From: Anaerolineae bacterium | Lineage (GTDB): Bacteria > Chloroflexota > Anaerolineae > Aggregatilineales > Ch27 | DNA: 64,000 bases | Assembly: GCA_013178165.1 (NCBI GenBank) | Contig: JABLXG010000003.1 | Coordinates: forward strand, 39,711 to 103,710 | Direction of reading: 5' to 3' | Part shown: piece by piece, positions 19,930 to 27,857 of the stretch | Numbering within the stretch: the first letter of the stretch is position 1 | Layout: the number at the start of each line of letters is the position of its first letter | Translations under genes and position numbers: made by a program | Notes under the pieces: generated by a model | Seen by the model: only the letters and a program-made list of their open reading frames with translations | Told to the model about the DNA's origin: nothing | The model's database searches: none

Positions 19930-22617
19930 TCAGGCGTCGCTGTGTGCCAGGTGCTTTAGCAGAGCGAGCAGCAGCCAGCGCCCGGCCAGATGTGCCCGCA
20001 GGCCGACTGGCTGGTCGCCCAGCCCGCCCTGAAAGCGCAGGGTGGTCGCCGCCAGCCGTCCTGCGCCCAGCCGCATCTCCAGCAGGTAATCCGTCACATC
20101 AAACTGGCGGGCGTCCAGGCGGCGCAGCGGCGTGCGGACTTCTGCCGCGTCGGGCAGGACTTCGGCCAGGCGCGCTGTATCCAGCACCCAATCGGTCGCC
20201 AGACCGTAGAATTGCAGATCCAGCACGCCGTCGTGGGGCATAGCCGCCAGCGCCGGATGATCCCCGATCAGCGCGATCCCCTCGCGCCAGAAGGGGACGG
20301 CCCGCGCTGGCAGGGGACGGTCGCCCTGCTGGATCAGCAGGACGCGCCCACCACCCCGCGCAAAGCTCAGGACGTCGTCCGTCAGGACATCAGTGATCAG
20401 CACGCGCAGACCGGCGTCCGGCGTCTCTACACGCCGGGCAACCTCCAGCAGATCGTCCAGCCCGCCCAGAGCGCCATTCGGATCGAGCACGCCCAGTCCC
20501 GCCGGCCACGCGCTGACAACCGGGAAGATCCACAGTGGCCAGCTATTGCGTATCGCTGGCCGGCCTTCCGGCGTGAATGACGCCTGCAGGCGCAGCGTCG
20601 CAGCGCGCTCGGACGGCGGCGCGGCAAAAACCGCTCGCCCGATGCTACGGGGACGCCCGCCGGTCAGCGGGCCACTCACCGCCGCCTCCCCGCCACTGAT
20701 ATGCCTCCCTGCCGCGTCGACAACCTCCCAGACCAGCCGGCCGCCCGGCAACGGCGGCCCGGCATGGGCGAGGATGATCTCCAGTCCGGCGGACTGCCCG
20801 GCAGGGAAGCTGTACGGCTCGAAAGGCGCAGGGCGGTCGCCGCCATGCGTCCAGCGCCGCGCCCGTCCCCGCCCCAGCAGCAAAACGCTATCCGCATTGA
20901 ACTGGCGGAAGGCTTCCGGGTCATACTTGCTGCGGCCCAGATCATCGAACATCGAGGAGGAGGCCAACGGCGTGTCACGGATGCTGGTGACCACGTAGCC
21001 GCCCATGCCCGCTCGCGCCCGCACCTTCTCCAGGATCGTCTTGCGCACGACAAACGACTGCCGCCGCGACAGGCGCATCAGCGCCGCGTCGTCCAGCTCC
21101 AGATCAAGTCGTTTCATGCGTTCTTGCTGGGCCGGGTAGCCAACAAATGTCTTGGGATGTAGGGGATTCCATTCGGTGAACCACCAGGGCAATTCCCCGC
21201 CGAACGCCTGCGCGATCTCGCCCAGGTCGCGGTAGTCGTCGGCGTCGCAGAATTCGCCAAAGATCCAGGGGCGCGGGGGCCGCCAATCCCGGCTGAAGTG
21301 ATCAACCAGCGGCTCAAAGTAGTGCAGGTCGCAGTAGAAGTGATAGTCGTTGAAATCGGCAAAGTCAAAGGCCAGCCCACCGTAAGCCTCGCCGGAGCCG
21401 CTGTTGTCGCAGACGAGCACGCCCCCGGTGGCACCGCGCACAATCCCATCCAGCCGCCCCAGCAGTTCGGCGTCAACGCTATGCCCCAGTTCGCAACCCA
21501 GGCTGTACAGGATCACCGATGGATGGTGGTGCACTGCGTCGAGAATCTCAGCGTATTCGCGGGGGGCCTGCTCCCGTAGGCGGGGCGTCACTTCCGGCAG
21601 CCACATCGGCAGTTCCAGCCACAGGAACATGCCCAGTTCGTCCGCCAGGTCAAAATACAGGCGCGATGGGACGAACAGGCATAGCTTGATCAGGTTGTAG
21701 CCCAGGGCGCGGACGCGGGCGAACTCAGCGCGGATGGCCGCCTCTTCCGGAGCGGGGCACAGCACTTCCGGGTACCAGCCCCAGTTGAGCACCCCGCGCA
21801 GGCAGATCGGCTGCCCGTTGAAGAGCAGCTGCTCGCCCTGTCGTGTCAAGGCCCGGAAGCCAACGCGCCGTTCGGCAGCAGCGAGAGTCATCCCCTGCCC
21901 ATCCTCCAGCCGGAGGGCCACCGTGTAGCGCGCCGGATTTGCCGGTTCCCAGCGCACCGGATCCGGCACAACCACGCTGGCGCTCAGCCGCCCTTCCACC
22001 GGCGAACCAGACCACACCGCGACTACCCGCCCGTCAGGATGGGTGACCTGGACGCTGGCCCGCAGACCGGCCTCTATGTCCGCGCCTGTGACGGCGCCTG
22101 TGACCCGGATGCGCCCGCTCTCCACCTCGGCCAGCACCCGCAGGTCGCTCAGCGCCGGGCCGGGGAAAGCCACCAGCCGCGCCGATCCCCACACCCCACC
22201 GAACATCATGACGACATCCGGCAGGAAGCCGGCCAGCGATTCCCGCAGTGGAAAGCGCTCACCCTGCTTGTAGACGATCAGCCGGATCGTGTTGGCCGCG
22301 CCGAAGCGCAGCGCAGCGGTCACGTCAAGGGCAAACGGCGCCCACGAGCCGCTATGCCTCCCGACCGGGGTGCCGTTGATCGTCACCTCGATATCGTAAC
22401 TGACCGCCTCAAACTGAAGCTGCACCTGCCGCCCGGCCCACGCTGCTGGAACGACGATCTCCCGCTCGTAAATTGCCGGGCCATCAACCCGCCGGGGGTA
22501 GCCCTGCGCCTCCCAGCAGCCGGGTACCCGGATCGTGCCCTGTTGCCCGGCCAGGCTAAAGTGCCACTCGCCATCCAGCGGCAAGGTCTCGGCCAGCGTA
22601 TTATGCCACACGCTCAT
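19930..22617 (-). CDS. GH2-family glycosidase (beta-galactosidase/beta-mannosidase-like)
   Basis: 895 aa. A sugar-binding-domain pattern (FEAVSYDIEVTINGTPVGRHSGSWAPFALDVT) is followed by a TIM-barrel region. Confidence 0.75.
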   Translation of the reverse strand: MSVWHNTLAETLPLDGEWHFSLAGQQGTIRVPGCWEAQGYPRRVDGPAIYEREIVVPAAWAGRQVQLQFEAVSYDIEVTINGTPVGRHSGSWAPFALDVTAALRFGAANTIRLIVYKQGERFPLRESLAGFLPDVVMMFGGVWGSARLVAFPGPALSDLRVLAEVESGRIRVTGAVTGADIEAGLRASVQVTHPDGRVVAVWSGSPVEGRLSASVVVPDPVRWEPANPARYTVALRLEDGQGMTLAAAERRVGFRALTRQGEQLLFNGQPICLRGVLNWGWYPEVLCPAPEEAAIRAEFARVRALGYNLIKLCLFVPSRLYFDLADELGMFLWLELPMWLPEVTPRLREQAPREYAEILDAVHHHPSVILYSLGCELGHSVDAELLGRLDGIVRGATGGVLVCDNSGSGEAYGGLAFDFADFNDYHFYCDLHYFEPLVDHFSRDWRPPRPWIFGEFCDADDYRDLGEIAQAFGGELPWWFTEWNPLHPKTFVGYPAQQERMKRLDLELDDAALMRLSRRQSFVVRKTILEKVRARAGMGGYVVTSIRDTPLASSSMFDDLGRSKYDPEAFRQFNADSVLLLGRGRARRWTHGGDRPAPFEPYSFPAGQSAGLEIILAHAGPPLPGGRLVWEVVDAAGRHISGGEAAVSGPLTGGRPRSIGRAVFAAPPSERAATLRLQASFTPEGRPAIRNSWPLWIFPVVSAWPAGLGVLDPNGALGGLDDLLEVARRVETPDAGLRVLITDVLTDDVLSFARGGGRVLLIQQGDRPLPARAVPFWREGIALIGDHPALAAMPHDGVLDLQFYGLATDWVLDTARLAEVLPDAAEVRTPLRRLDARQFDVTDYLLEMRLGAGRLAATTLRFQGGLGDQPVGLRAHLAGRWLLLALLKHLAHSDA

Positions 22618-22665
22618 CGCGCCACATCTCCCTCATGCAGTCTCCGGCGTACTCGGGGCGCCGGG

Positions 22666-24261
22666 CTAGCTTCCCGCCGCGGCCTGGGCGATCACCGCTT
22701 CGATTTCCGGCTGCGCCGCTTCCAGCGTGCCGTCGACAAACGTCAGCGTCGGGATGTACGTCTCCGTCTGCGGCAGGCGGACGTACGGGCTGCAACCGGC
22801 TTCATGCACGCCGGTGCTGTTACGCGACGGATCGCCGTCGCAGATGTGGCCGATCAGCCGGGCGTAGCGCCCGACCCACTCCGGCACCTGCCGCCAGGTA
22901 GCCGTCTGCTGGAACACCGGCAGGATGGCCAGCAGACCGTCATACCAGTCTTCCCCGGCCACCAGCAGTTCCGGATGCCCGGCCCGCAGCCGGGCGATGA
23001 GCTGGCGCAGTCCCTCGCGCATATTAAAGTCCGGGTCGTTGACCCAGACCTCAGTGCAATCCAGAAAGACACCGTCAAAGCCAAAACGCTCAACCAGCGT
23101 CCGTATCTGGCGCGTCAATTCGGTCTGCCAGGCGGGCGCGCCAGGATGCAGCCAGGCCTGCCAGCCGGTGTCGTGTGTGCGTTTGAGGTCCCAGTCCGGC
23201 TGGTTGCCCCAGAAGGTGTTACGGGTGGCCGACTTCATGTAGGAAGATGGGCCGAAGGTATGGAAGTTCGGCGCCCAGGCATTGGCGCAGTTGACGCCGA
23301 ACATGGGCATGACATGCACGCCCAGCGCCCGCGCCCCTTCACACAGCCGGGCAAAACCATCCCCACCGCCCAGCAGCGGCTCCGGGCGGTAATCGCCATA
23401 CTGCCAGTAGTAGCGGCCCTCCCAGCCCGGCAGGTAAGCCAGCACATGGCGGCCATCGATCCGTTCGGCCACAAAGCGGATGATGTTCAGGGCCTGGGCG
23501 TAGGTGTTGAAGATGTAGCCTGACCAGTGCATCTGGTGAATCGTCAGGCACAGGCGGATGTCCCGCGCCCAGCGGGGAACATCCCCGCGCTTTTCCCAGG
23601 GTGCCAGCCCCAGTTCGGCTTCGTCAAAGGCCAGCTGCTCCTGCCGGAAGGCGGACACATCGACGTCCCGATCCAGCACCCACAGCGGCACATCGATCTG
23701 GGTGTCGAACCAGCGGGCATCTTCTTCATGCAGGCATTCGACGGTGTACGTGCCCGCCAGTGGCCCAAAGGTTTCGCGGCATACAGCGAACCGCTTGGCG
23801 CGGGCATGGGGATCTTCGTTGCGCGCGCCGATGATCGTCCCATCCGGCAGCAGGCCGAAGAACAGGGGCAGCCGCAACGGGTTGGGATAGGCGTCGATCA
23901 GCCCACCCTCAGGCAGATCGCGGGGGTGATCCAGCATATCCAGCGGGCGCAGAACAGGCAGGTTGCGGATCAGCACTTTGACCGCCCGGATCTTGTGCAG
24001 GGCGGTAGCCCGGATATTCAGCAAAAGCCGATCACCCTCCCCTCGCCTGGCGACCAGTTCCAGCGACCCCGGCGCGTGCTGCTGCTGCCCGGCCCAGCTC
24101 AGCCGGGAGCAAACCAGCCGCCAGCCGTCGTCGGTCGCCTCAAGGGTGGTGTGGGCCGGGTCCAGACCGTAGAGGTTTTCCAGGGTGATCACCTGAAAGG
24201 AAAGCTGCCAGCCTCCCAGTTCAAAAACTGGATCGCGAAGGTCAAAACTGTAGAGATGCAT
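22666..24261 (-). CDS. uncharacterised protein; possible novel TIM-barrel glycosidase
   Basis: 531-aa ORF with coherent amino-acid usage, located inside a glycosidase operon. The C-terminal half has barrel-like strand motifs (FDGVFLDCTEVW, LVAGEDWYDG). No family recognised by eye. Confidence 0.6.
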   Translation of the reverse strand: MHLYSFDLRDPVFELGGWQLSFQVITLENLYGLDPAHTTLEATDDGWRLVCSRLSWAGQQQHAPGSLELVARRGEGDRLLLNIRATALHKIRAVKVLIRNLPVLRPLDMLDHPRDLPEGGLIDAYPNPLRLPLFFGLLPDGTIIGARNEDPHARAKRFAVCRETFGPLAGTYTVECLHEEDARWFDTQIDVPLWVLDRDVDVSAFRQEQLAFDEAELGLAPWEKRGDVPRWARDIRLCLTIHQMHWSGYIFNTYAQALNIIRFVAERIDGRHVLAYLPGWEGRYYWQYGDYRPEPLLGGGDGFARLCEGARALGVHVMPMFGVNCANAWAPNFHTFGPSSYMKSATRNTFWGNQPDWDLKRTHDTGWQAWLHPGAPAWQTELTRQIRTLVERFGFDGVFLDCTEVWVNDPDFNMREGLRQLIARLRAGHPELLVAGEDWYDGLLAILPVFQQTATWRQVPEWVGRYARLIGHICDGDPSRNSTGVHEAGCSPYVRLPQTETYIPTLTFVDGTLEAAQPEIEAVIAQAAAGS

Positions 24262-24353
24262 GGTTTACGCGCCTTTAGGGGGCCGACCTGGCCAGCCCGG
24301 TCGGCAGGGCCGGGTAGCGCCTGGTGGTCAACCCGGCATGAATAGACAAACCC

Positions 24354-24366
24354 GGACAATTTGTCC
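24354..24366. promoter_or_regulatory. perfect 6-1-6 palindrome GGACAA-T-TTGTCC (candidate operator)
   Basis: Read directly. It lies about +11..+23 relative to the predicted minus-strand transcription start. Confidence 0.45.
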
Positions 24367-24383
24367 AGCCTCCTGGCCAATCC

Positions 24384-24411
24384 ACTATAACGCGAAGCAA
24401 GCGCCGGTCAA
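24384..24411 (-). promoter_or_regulatory. candidate internal promoter (TTGACC-16-TATAGT) for the 531-aa/GH2/GH35/URO-D/GH65 genes
   Basis: On the minus strand the -35 is the complement of 24406..24411 and the -10 is the complement of 24384..24389. Confidence 0.4.
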
Positions 24412-24492
24412 GACAGCGCTCCCCTTGATTACTGCCTGCAACGGATGGACAATCAGGCCGATCCAGACAACTTAGACTGCCCGGTATCCATT

Positions 24493-25179
24493 TTAGCCGC
24501 GGTAATACTTCTCGTAGTCGTTGACCAGCAGGTACAGCGGTGGCTCGTCTTCTTCAATCGCCGGGAAGCGACCGATCGGCTCGTAGAAGCGATTGTCAGT
24601 GGCGTCATCGTTGACGGAAGACACCTCGCCCACCAGCACGCGGTTACCTTCCGCCCAGAACTGGTGGTAGCAATACGGCTCCAGCGTGATACTCTCGCCC
24701 GGCTCAAGGGCCACCGTGCCGCCCGCTTTGACGGTGCGCGGTACAGCGTCGATCATCACTGTCACATCGTCGTCTCTCAGCGCCCCCTCAGGCGTGCTGT
24801 TATAGAGCTGGATCAGCAGTCTGCCGCCGCCGCGGTTGATGATGTCCTCCGTCTTGAGCCAGTGGAAGTGCAGCGGCGTGATTTGCTGCTCGCCGACAAT
24901 CAGCAACTTCTCCGCATACACCTTGCCCTTACCAGTCTTGAGATTCTCCGGGGAGCCGTTGCGGATAGTGAACAGGAACAACCCCTTGTGGGTGTAGTCG
25001 CCCAATCCAAAGTCAGTGATGTCCCAGCCCAACCGCCGGGCCACAATCTCGCGGGCTTCAGGCCCTTTGCGCCGCCAGTCATCTGGCGACCAGTAGGCGA
25101 ACGGCGGTAGATAAAAGCCATGCGCCTTGATGAAGGCGTCGGCTTCACGTATGATGGTGTTGATTTCAGACCGCTTCAT
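24493..25179 (-). CDS. D-lyxose / D-mannose ketol-isomerase (cupin)
   Basis: MKRSEINTII...LPPFAYWSP...YAEKLLIV...TPLHFHW.KTEDIINRGGG...VGEVSSVNDD..DN.F closely resembles characterised D-lyxose isomerases (E. coli O157 Z5688 type), from memory. ATG 25179 follows GGAGGAGAAG. Confidence 0.9.
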   Translation of the reverse strand: MKRSEINTIIREADAFIKAHGFYLPPFAYWSPDDWRRKGPEAREIVARRLGWDITDFGLGDYTHKGLFLFTIRNGSPENLKTGKGKVYAEKLLIVGEQQITPLHFHWLKTEDIINRGGGRLLIQLYNSTPEGALRDDDVTVMIDAVPRTVKAGGTVALEPGESITLEPYCYHQFWAEGNRVLVGEVSSVNDDATDNRFYEPIGRFPAIEEDEPPLYLLVNDYEKYYRG

Positions 25180-25240
25180 GCGTGCTTCTCCTCCTGTTGA
25201 GCGCGGGTACCGCCCGCTGCACCGATGATTGGAAAGCCTG

Positions 25241-26380
25241 ATGGCAGACAGCACAAACACTTTCTGGAAAGCGGACTGGGACCGCATCCGCGAGCATTAT
25301 ATGGCCTGGTGGCGGCGCGAGGGCCTGGTGCTGCATGTTCTGGCCCCCCGCGATTCCAGCCCGGAGCGCGATACGCGCAATCCCCAGGCCCCATTTTACT
25401 ACCTGATGGGCGGCCTGGACCCCACCGCCATCTACCCTGATGATGCCGCCCTGCGCGACGCCTGGCTCAACGCCGAACGCCGGGCGCGCCTGGCCGAGCG
25501 TTACCTGCGTGGCATCTACTTCGGCGGGGATGCCTTCCCCTTCTTCGATACCAACATCGGCCCGGGCAACCTGGCAACCTTCCTCGGCGCGGAGCCATCC
25601 TTCGCCCCGGACACCGTCTGGTACGCGCCGTGCATCACCGATCCTGACCGCCATCCCCCCCTGCGCTTCGACCCGCAGAACCCCTGGTTCCTGCGCCAGA
25701 AAGCTGTAGCGGAGGCCGGGGTCGCTATCAGCGCCGGGCGATTTCTGGTCAGCATGCCCGACCTGATCGAGAATCTGGACACCCTGGCCTCCCTGCGGGA
25801 GACGCAGCGCCTGATGCTGGATCTGGTCGAGCGCCCGGCGTTTGTCAAAGAGCGGCTGGCGGAGATCAACCAGGCCTACTTCCAGGCGTTCCAGGCGCTG
25901 TATGAGATCGTCCAGACGCCCTGGGGCGGCAACGTGTTCTCCGCCTTCAGCATCTGGGGGCCAGGACGCACGGCCAAAGTGCAATGTGACGCCTGTGTCA
26001 TGATCTCCCCGGAGATGTTCGCCGAGTTCGTCGTCCCCTACCTGGTCGAGCAATGCGCCTGGCTGGACTACAGCATGTACCATCTGGACGGCACGCAGGC
26101 TTTCCGCCACCTGGATGCGCTGCTGAGCATCGAGGCGCTGGACGCCATCGAATGGACGCCCCAGGTCAGCGCGCCGCAGGGCGGCTCCCCGGAATGGTAC
26201 GGCCTGTACCGGCGCATCCTGGACGCCGGCAAGAGCATCCAGGCGATCAACGTCCAGCCGGATGAAGTCCTGCCCCTGCTGGACGCCATTGGCACGCGCG
26301 GCGTCTTTCTGATGGTCAACGCCGCCAGCGAGGCCGAGGCCCGCGCCCTGGTTGAAGCGGTGGAGGCCCGCCGATCCTGA
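25241..26380 (+). CDS. URO-D-fold protein, paralogue 2 (divergent)
   Basis: PDLIENLDTLASLRETQRLMLDLVERPAFVKERL and QCDACVMISPEMFAEFVVPYL...YHLDG follow the URO-D family block order. ATG 25241 (GGAAAG SD) is preferred over TTG 25229. Confidence 0.6.
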   Translation: MADSTNTFWKADWDRIREHYMAWWRREGLVLHVLAPRDSSPERDTRNPQAPFYYLMGGLDPTAIYPDDAALRDAWLNAERRARLAERYLRGIYFGGDAFPFFDTNIGPGNLATFLGAEPSFAPDTVWYAPCITDPDRHPPLRFDPQNPWFLRQKAVAEAGVAISAGRFLVSMPDLIENLDTLASLRETQRLMLDLVERPAFVKERLAEINQAYFQAFQALYEIVQTPWGGNVFSAFSIWGPGRTAKVQCDACVMISPEMFAEFVVPYLVEQCAWLDYSMYHLDGTQAFRHLDALLSIEALDAIEWTPQVSAPQGGSPEWYGLYRRILDAGKSIQAINVQPDEVLPLLDAIGTRGVFLMVNAASEAEARALVEAVEARRS

Positions 26381-26403
26381 CGGAACCGGCGGGCAATCAC
26401 GAT

Positions 26404-27618
26404 CTAATACTCGCCCGTGGCCATTCGCTTCTGCATCTTGACCGGCGTGTTCTCTAGCAACCATGCTTCAGTGCGCGCTTTGATCGCCTCCGGCGTCTCG
26501 TTGTAGCCATAAGTTTGCAGCAGGACGGGCGTCCACTTTTGCCCCCAGCGGATGTGGAAATTCTCATCGCTCCAGTCGTAGCTGACGGCAGCGGCGGAGA
26601 CTTCGTCGGCGATCTTCTCCCAGTGTTCGCGGTTGGCCACCTTCTCCGGCATGCCATTCGGCTCGATCACAGTGGTCAGCAGCGCATACTGGTCGACCGC
26701 CGGCAGGGTCATCATGACGTTGTAAATCTGGACAACCTGCGGCACCTCCGAAACCTGCAGGCCAAGCTGCTGAACACGTAGCTGACCGAGCTGGCTGTGG
26801 CGCACCTCATCCCACTGGTGACGGGCCACGTTGTAGTGGAATTCCCAGGGCATTTCCGGCGTCATCCACAGCACGGAAGCCAGTGTCTCGGCGGCAGTCA
26901 TCTCATTAAGGTAGTGCTTGAAGCGCCACAGGCGGTGCGCTTCCGGCTCGGCCTGGCGGTCCGGCTCGATATCCGTATCGGGGTCGAAGATCGGCCAGCC
27001 GGGCATGCGCTGACATTCCTTCCAGGGCAGCAGCAGGGCATGCCCTGCCGGGCGAGCAGGCGGCTGCTGGCGCGGTTCCGCGCCGGTCACGCCGCCGTCA
27101 GCGGCCAGCAAACCGGCGATATACGCCTGCCACGCTTCCCAGCCGGGGTAACGCGCCGCGACTTCCGGGAAGAATGCCTCCGCCCAGGCGACCTGCTTCT
27201 CCGTCGTCTCGATCAACTTCTCGCGGATAATCTTGACCGTCGGATTGTCGAACGCTTCCCAGGTCAGGCCGGTATGGGCGCGGTAGGCGGCCAGCAATGC
27301 CTTCTTGATCACCAGGTAGGCGGTGGCGATCAGGTCGGCGGTATGCGCGGCGCAGTCCAGTTCGCGGGCCAGGGTATGCAACCCATCGCTGATGCCGCGC
27401 TCGAAGTTGTGGGCGCGTAACTCGCGCAGGCGAGCGTGCAATGCTTCGGCAGCGTCGGCGCTCTCCCAGATGTGCAGGCCGATCTGGTTCTTGGCTTCCC
27501 ATTCCGGCACGCCGGCCAGCCAGCCGGCCAGTGTCCGCGTCAGGCTGCGTTCCAGAAAGGCATAACGCTTCAACACCAGGACATTCTGCTCAATGGTCAG
27601 GCGGGATTGGGTCTCCAT
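26404..27618 (-). CDS. ferritin-like di-iron-carboxylate candidate, unknown function
   Basis: 404 aa from ATG 27618 (GGAGG SD). Two ExxH motifs (WDEVRH, SDENFH) and upstream Glu (NEMTAAE) lie in a helical C-terminal half. The N-terminal half is also helical. Confidence 0.6.
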   Translation of the reverse strand: METQSRLTIEQNVLVLKRYAFLERSLTRTLAGWLAGVPEWEAKNQIGLHIWESADAAEALHARLRELRAHNFERGISDGLHTLARELDCAAHTADLIATAYLVIKKALLAAYRAHTGLTWEAFDNPTVKIIREKLIETTEKQVAWAEAFFPEVAARYPGWEAWQAYIAGLLAADGGVTGAEPRQQPPARPAGHALLLPWKECQRMPGWPIFDPDTDIEPDRQAEPEAHRLWRFKHYLNEMTAAETLASVLWMTPEMPWEFHYNVARHQWDEVRHSQLGQLRVQQLGLQVSEVPQVVQIYNVMMTLPAVDQYALLTTVIEPNGMPEKVANREHWEKIADEVSAAAVSYDWSDENFHIRWGQKWTPVLLQTYGYNETPEAIKARTEAWLLENTPVKMQKRMATGEY

Positions 27619-27655
27619 GAACAATTTCCTCCAATAACCTTCAATCTTCACCATG

Positions 27656-27665
27656 TGTATAGACA
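27656..27665. promoter_or_regulatory. operator candidate TGTATAGACA
   Basis: One mismatch from the palindrome TGTCTAGACA. It overlaps the -35 of the predicted plus-strand promoter and lies in the leader of the minus-strand gene. Confidence 0.5.
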
Positions 27666-27688
27666 AACTAGCGGGATGTGATTATACT
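27660..27688 (+). promoter_or_regulatory. candidate promoter TAGACA-17-TATACT for the URO-D3/GH38/ABC operon
   Basis: Both hexamers match consensus 5/6, with a 17-nt spacer. Eye-predicted. Confidence 0.4.
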
Positions 27689-27689
27689 G

Positions 27690-27718
27690 ATTGTAGCTTA
27701 TGCGGCTTGCCGGATCAA
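27690..27718 (-). promoter_or_regulatory. candidate promoter TTGATC-17-TACAAT for the ferritin-like gene
   Basis: On the minus strand the -35 is the complement of 27713..27718 and the -10 is the complement of 27690..27695. A perfect TATAAT also exists as the complement of 27681..27686. Confidence 0.35.
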
Positions 27719-27805
27719 TCACGCCTTTCACCCGCTCTTCCGGCCTCCATAACGGCCTGGGAATCCGCGTTAACGCGCCAGGCGCGCCGCCCCCCATCGC
27801 CGCCA

Positions 27806-27815
27806 TGTCTAGACA
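27806..27815. promoter_or_regulatory. operator candidate, perfect palindrome TGTCTAGACA
   Basis: Read directly. It ends 43 nt upstream of the URO-D3 start codon, inside the predicted leader. Confidence 0.5.
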
Positions 27816-27857
27816 ATCCGGCAGCCGCCTGTTGACCGCACCACCCTGGAGTGACTG

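Larger units (their letters stand above)
24342..24471. promoter_or_regulatory. array of RGACAA half-sites flanking an internal promoter
   Basis: AGACAAA 24345..24351, GGACAAT 24354..24360, inverted TTGTCC 24361..24366, GGACAAT 24447..24453, AGACAAC 24465..24471. Confidence 0.45.
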
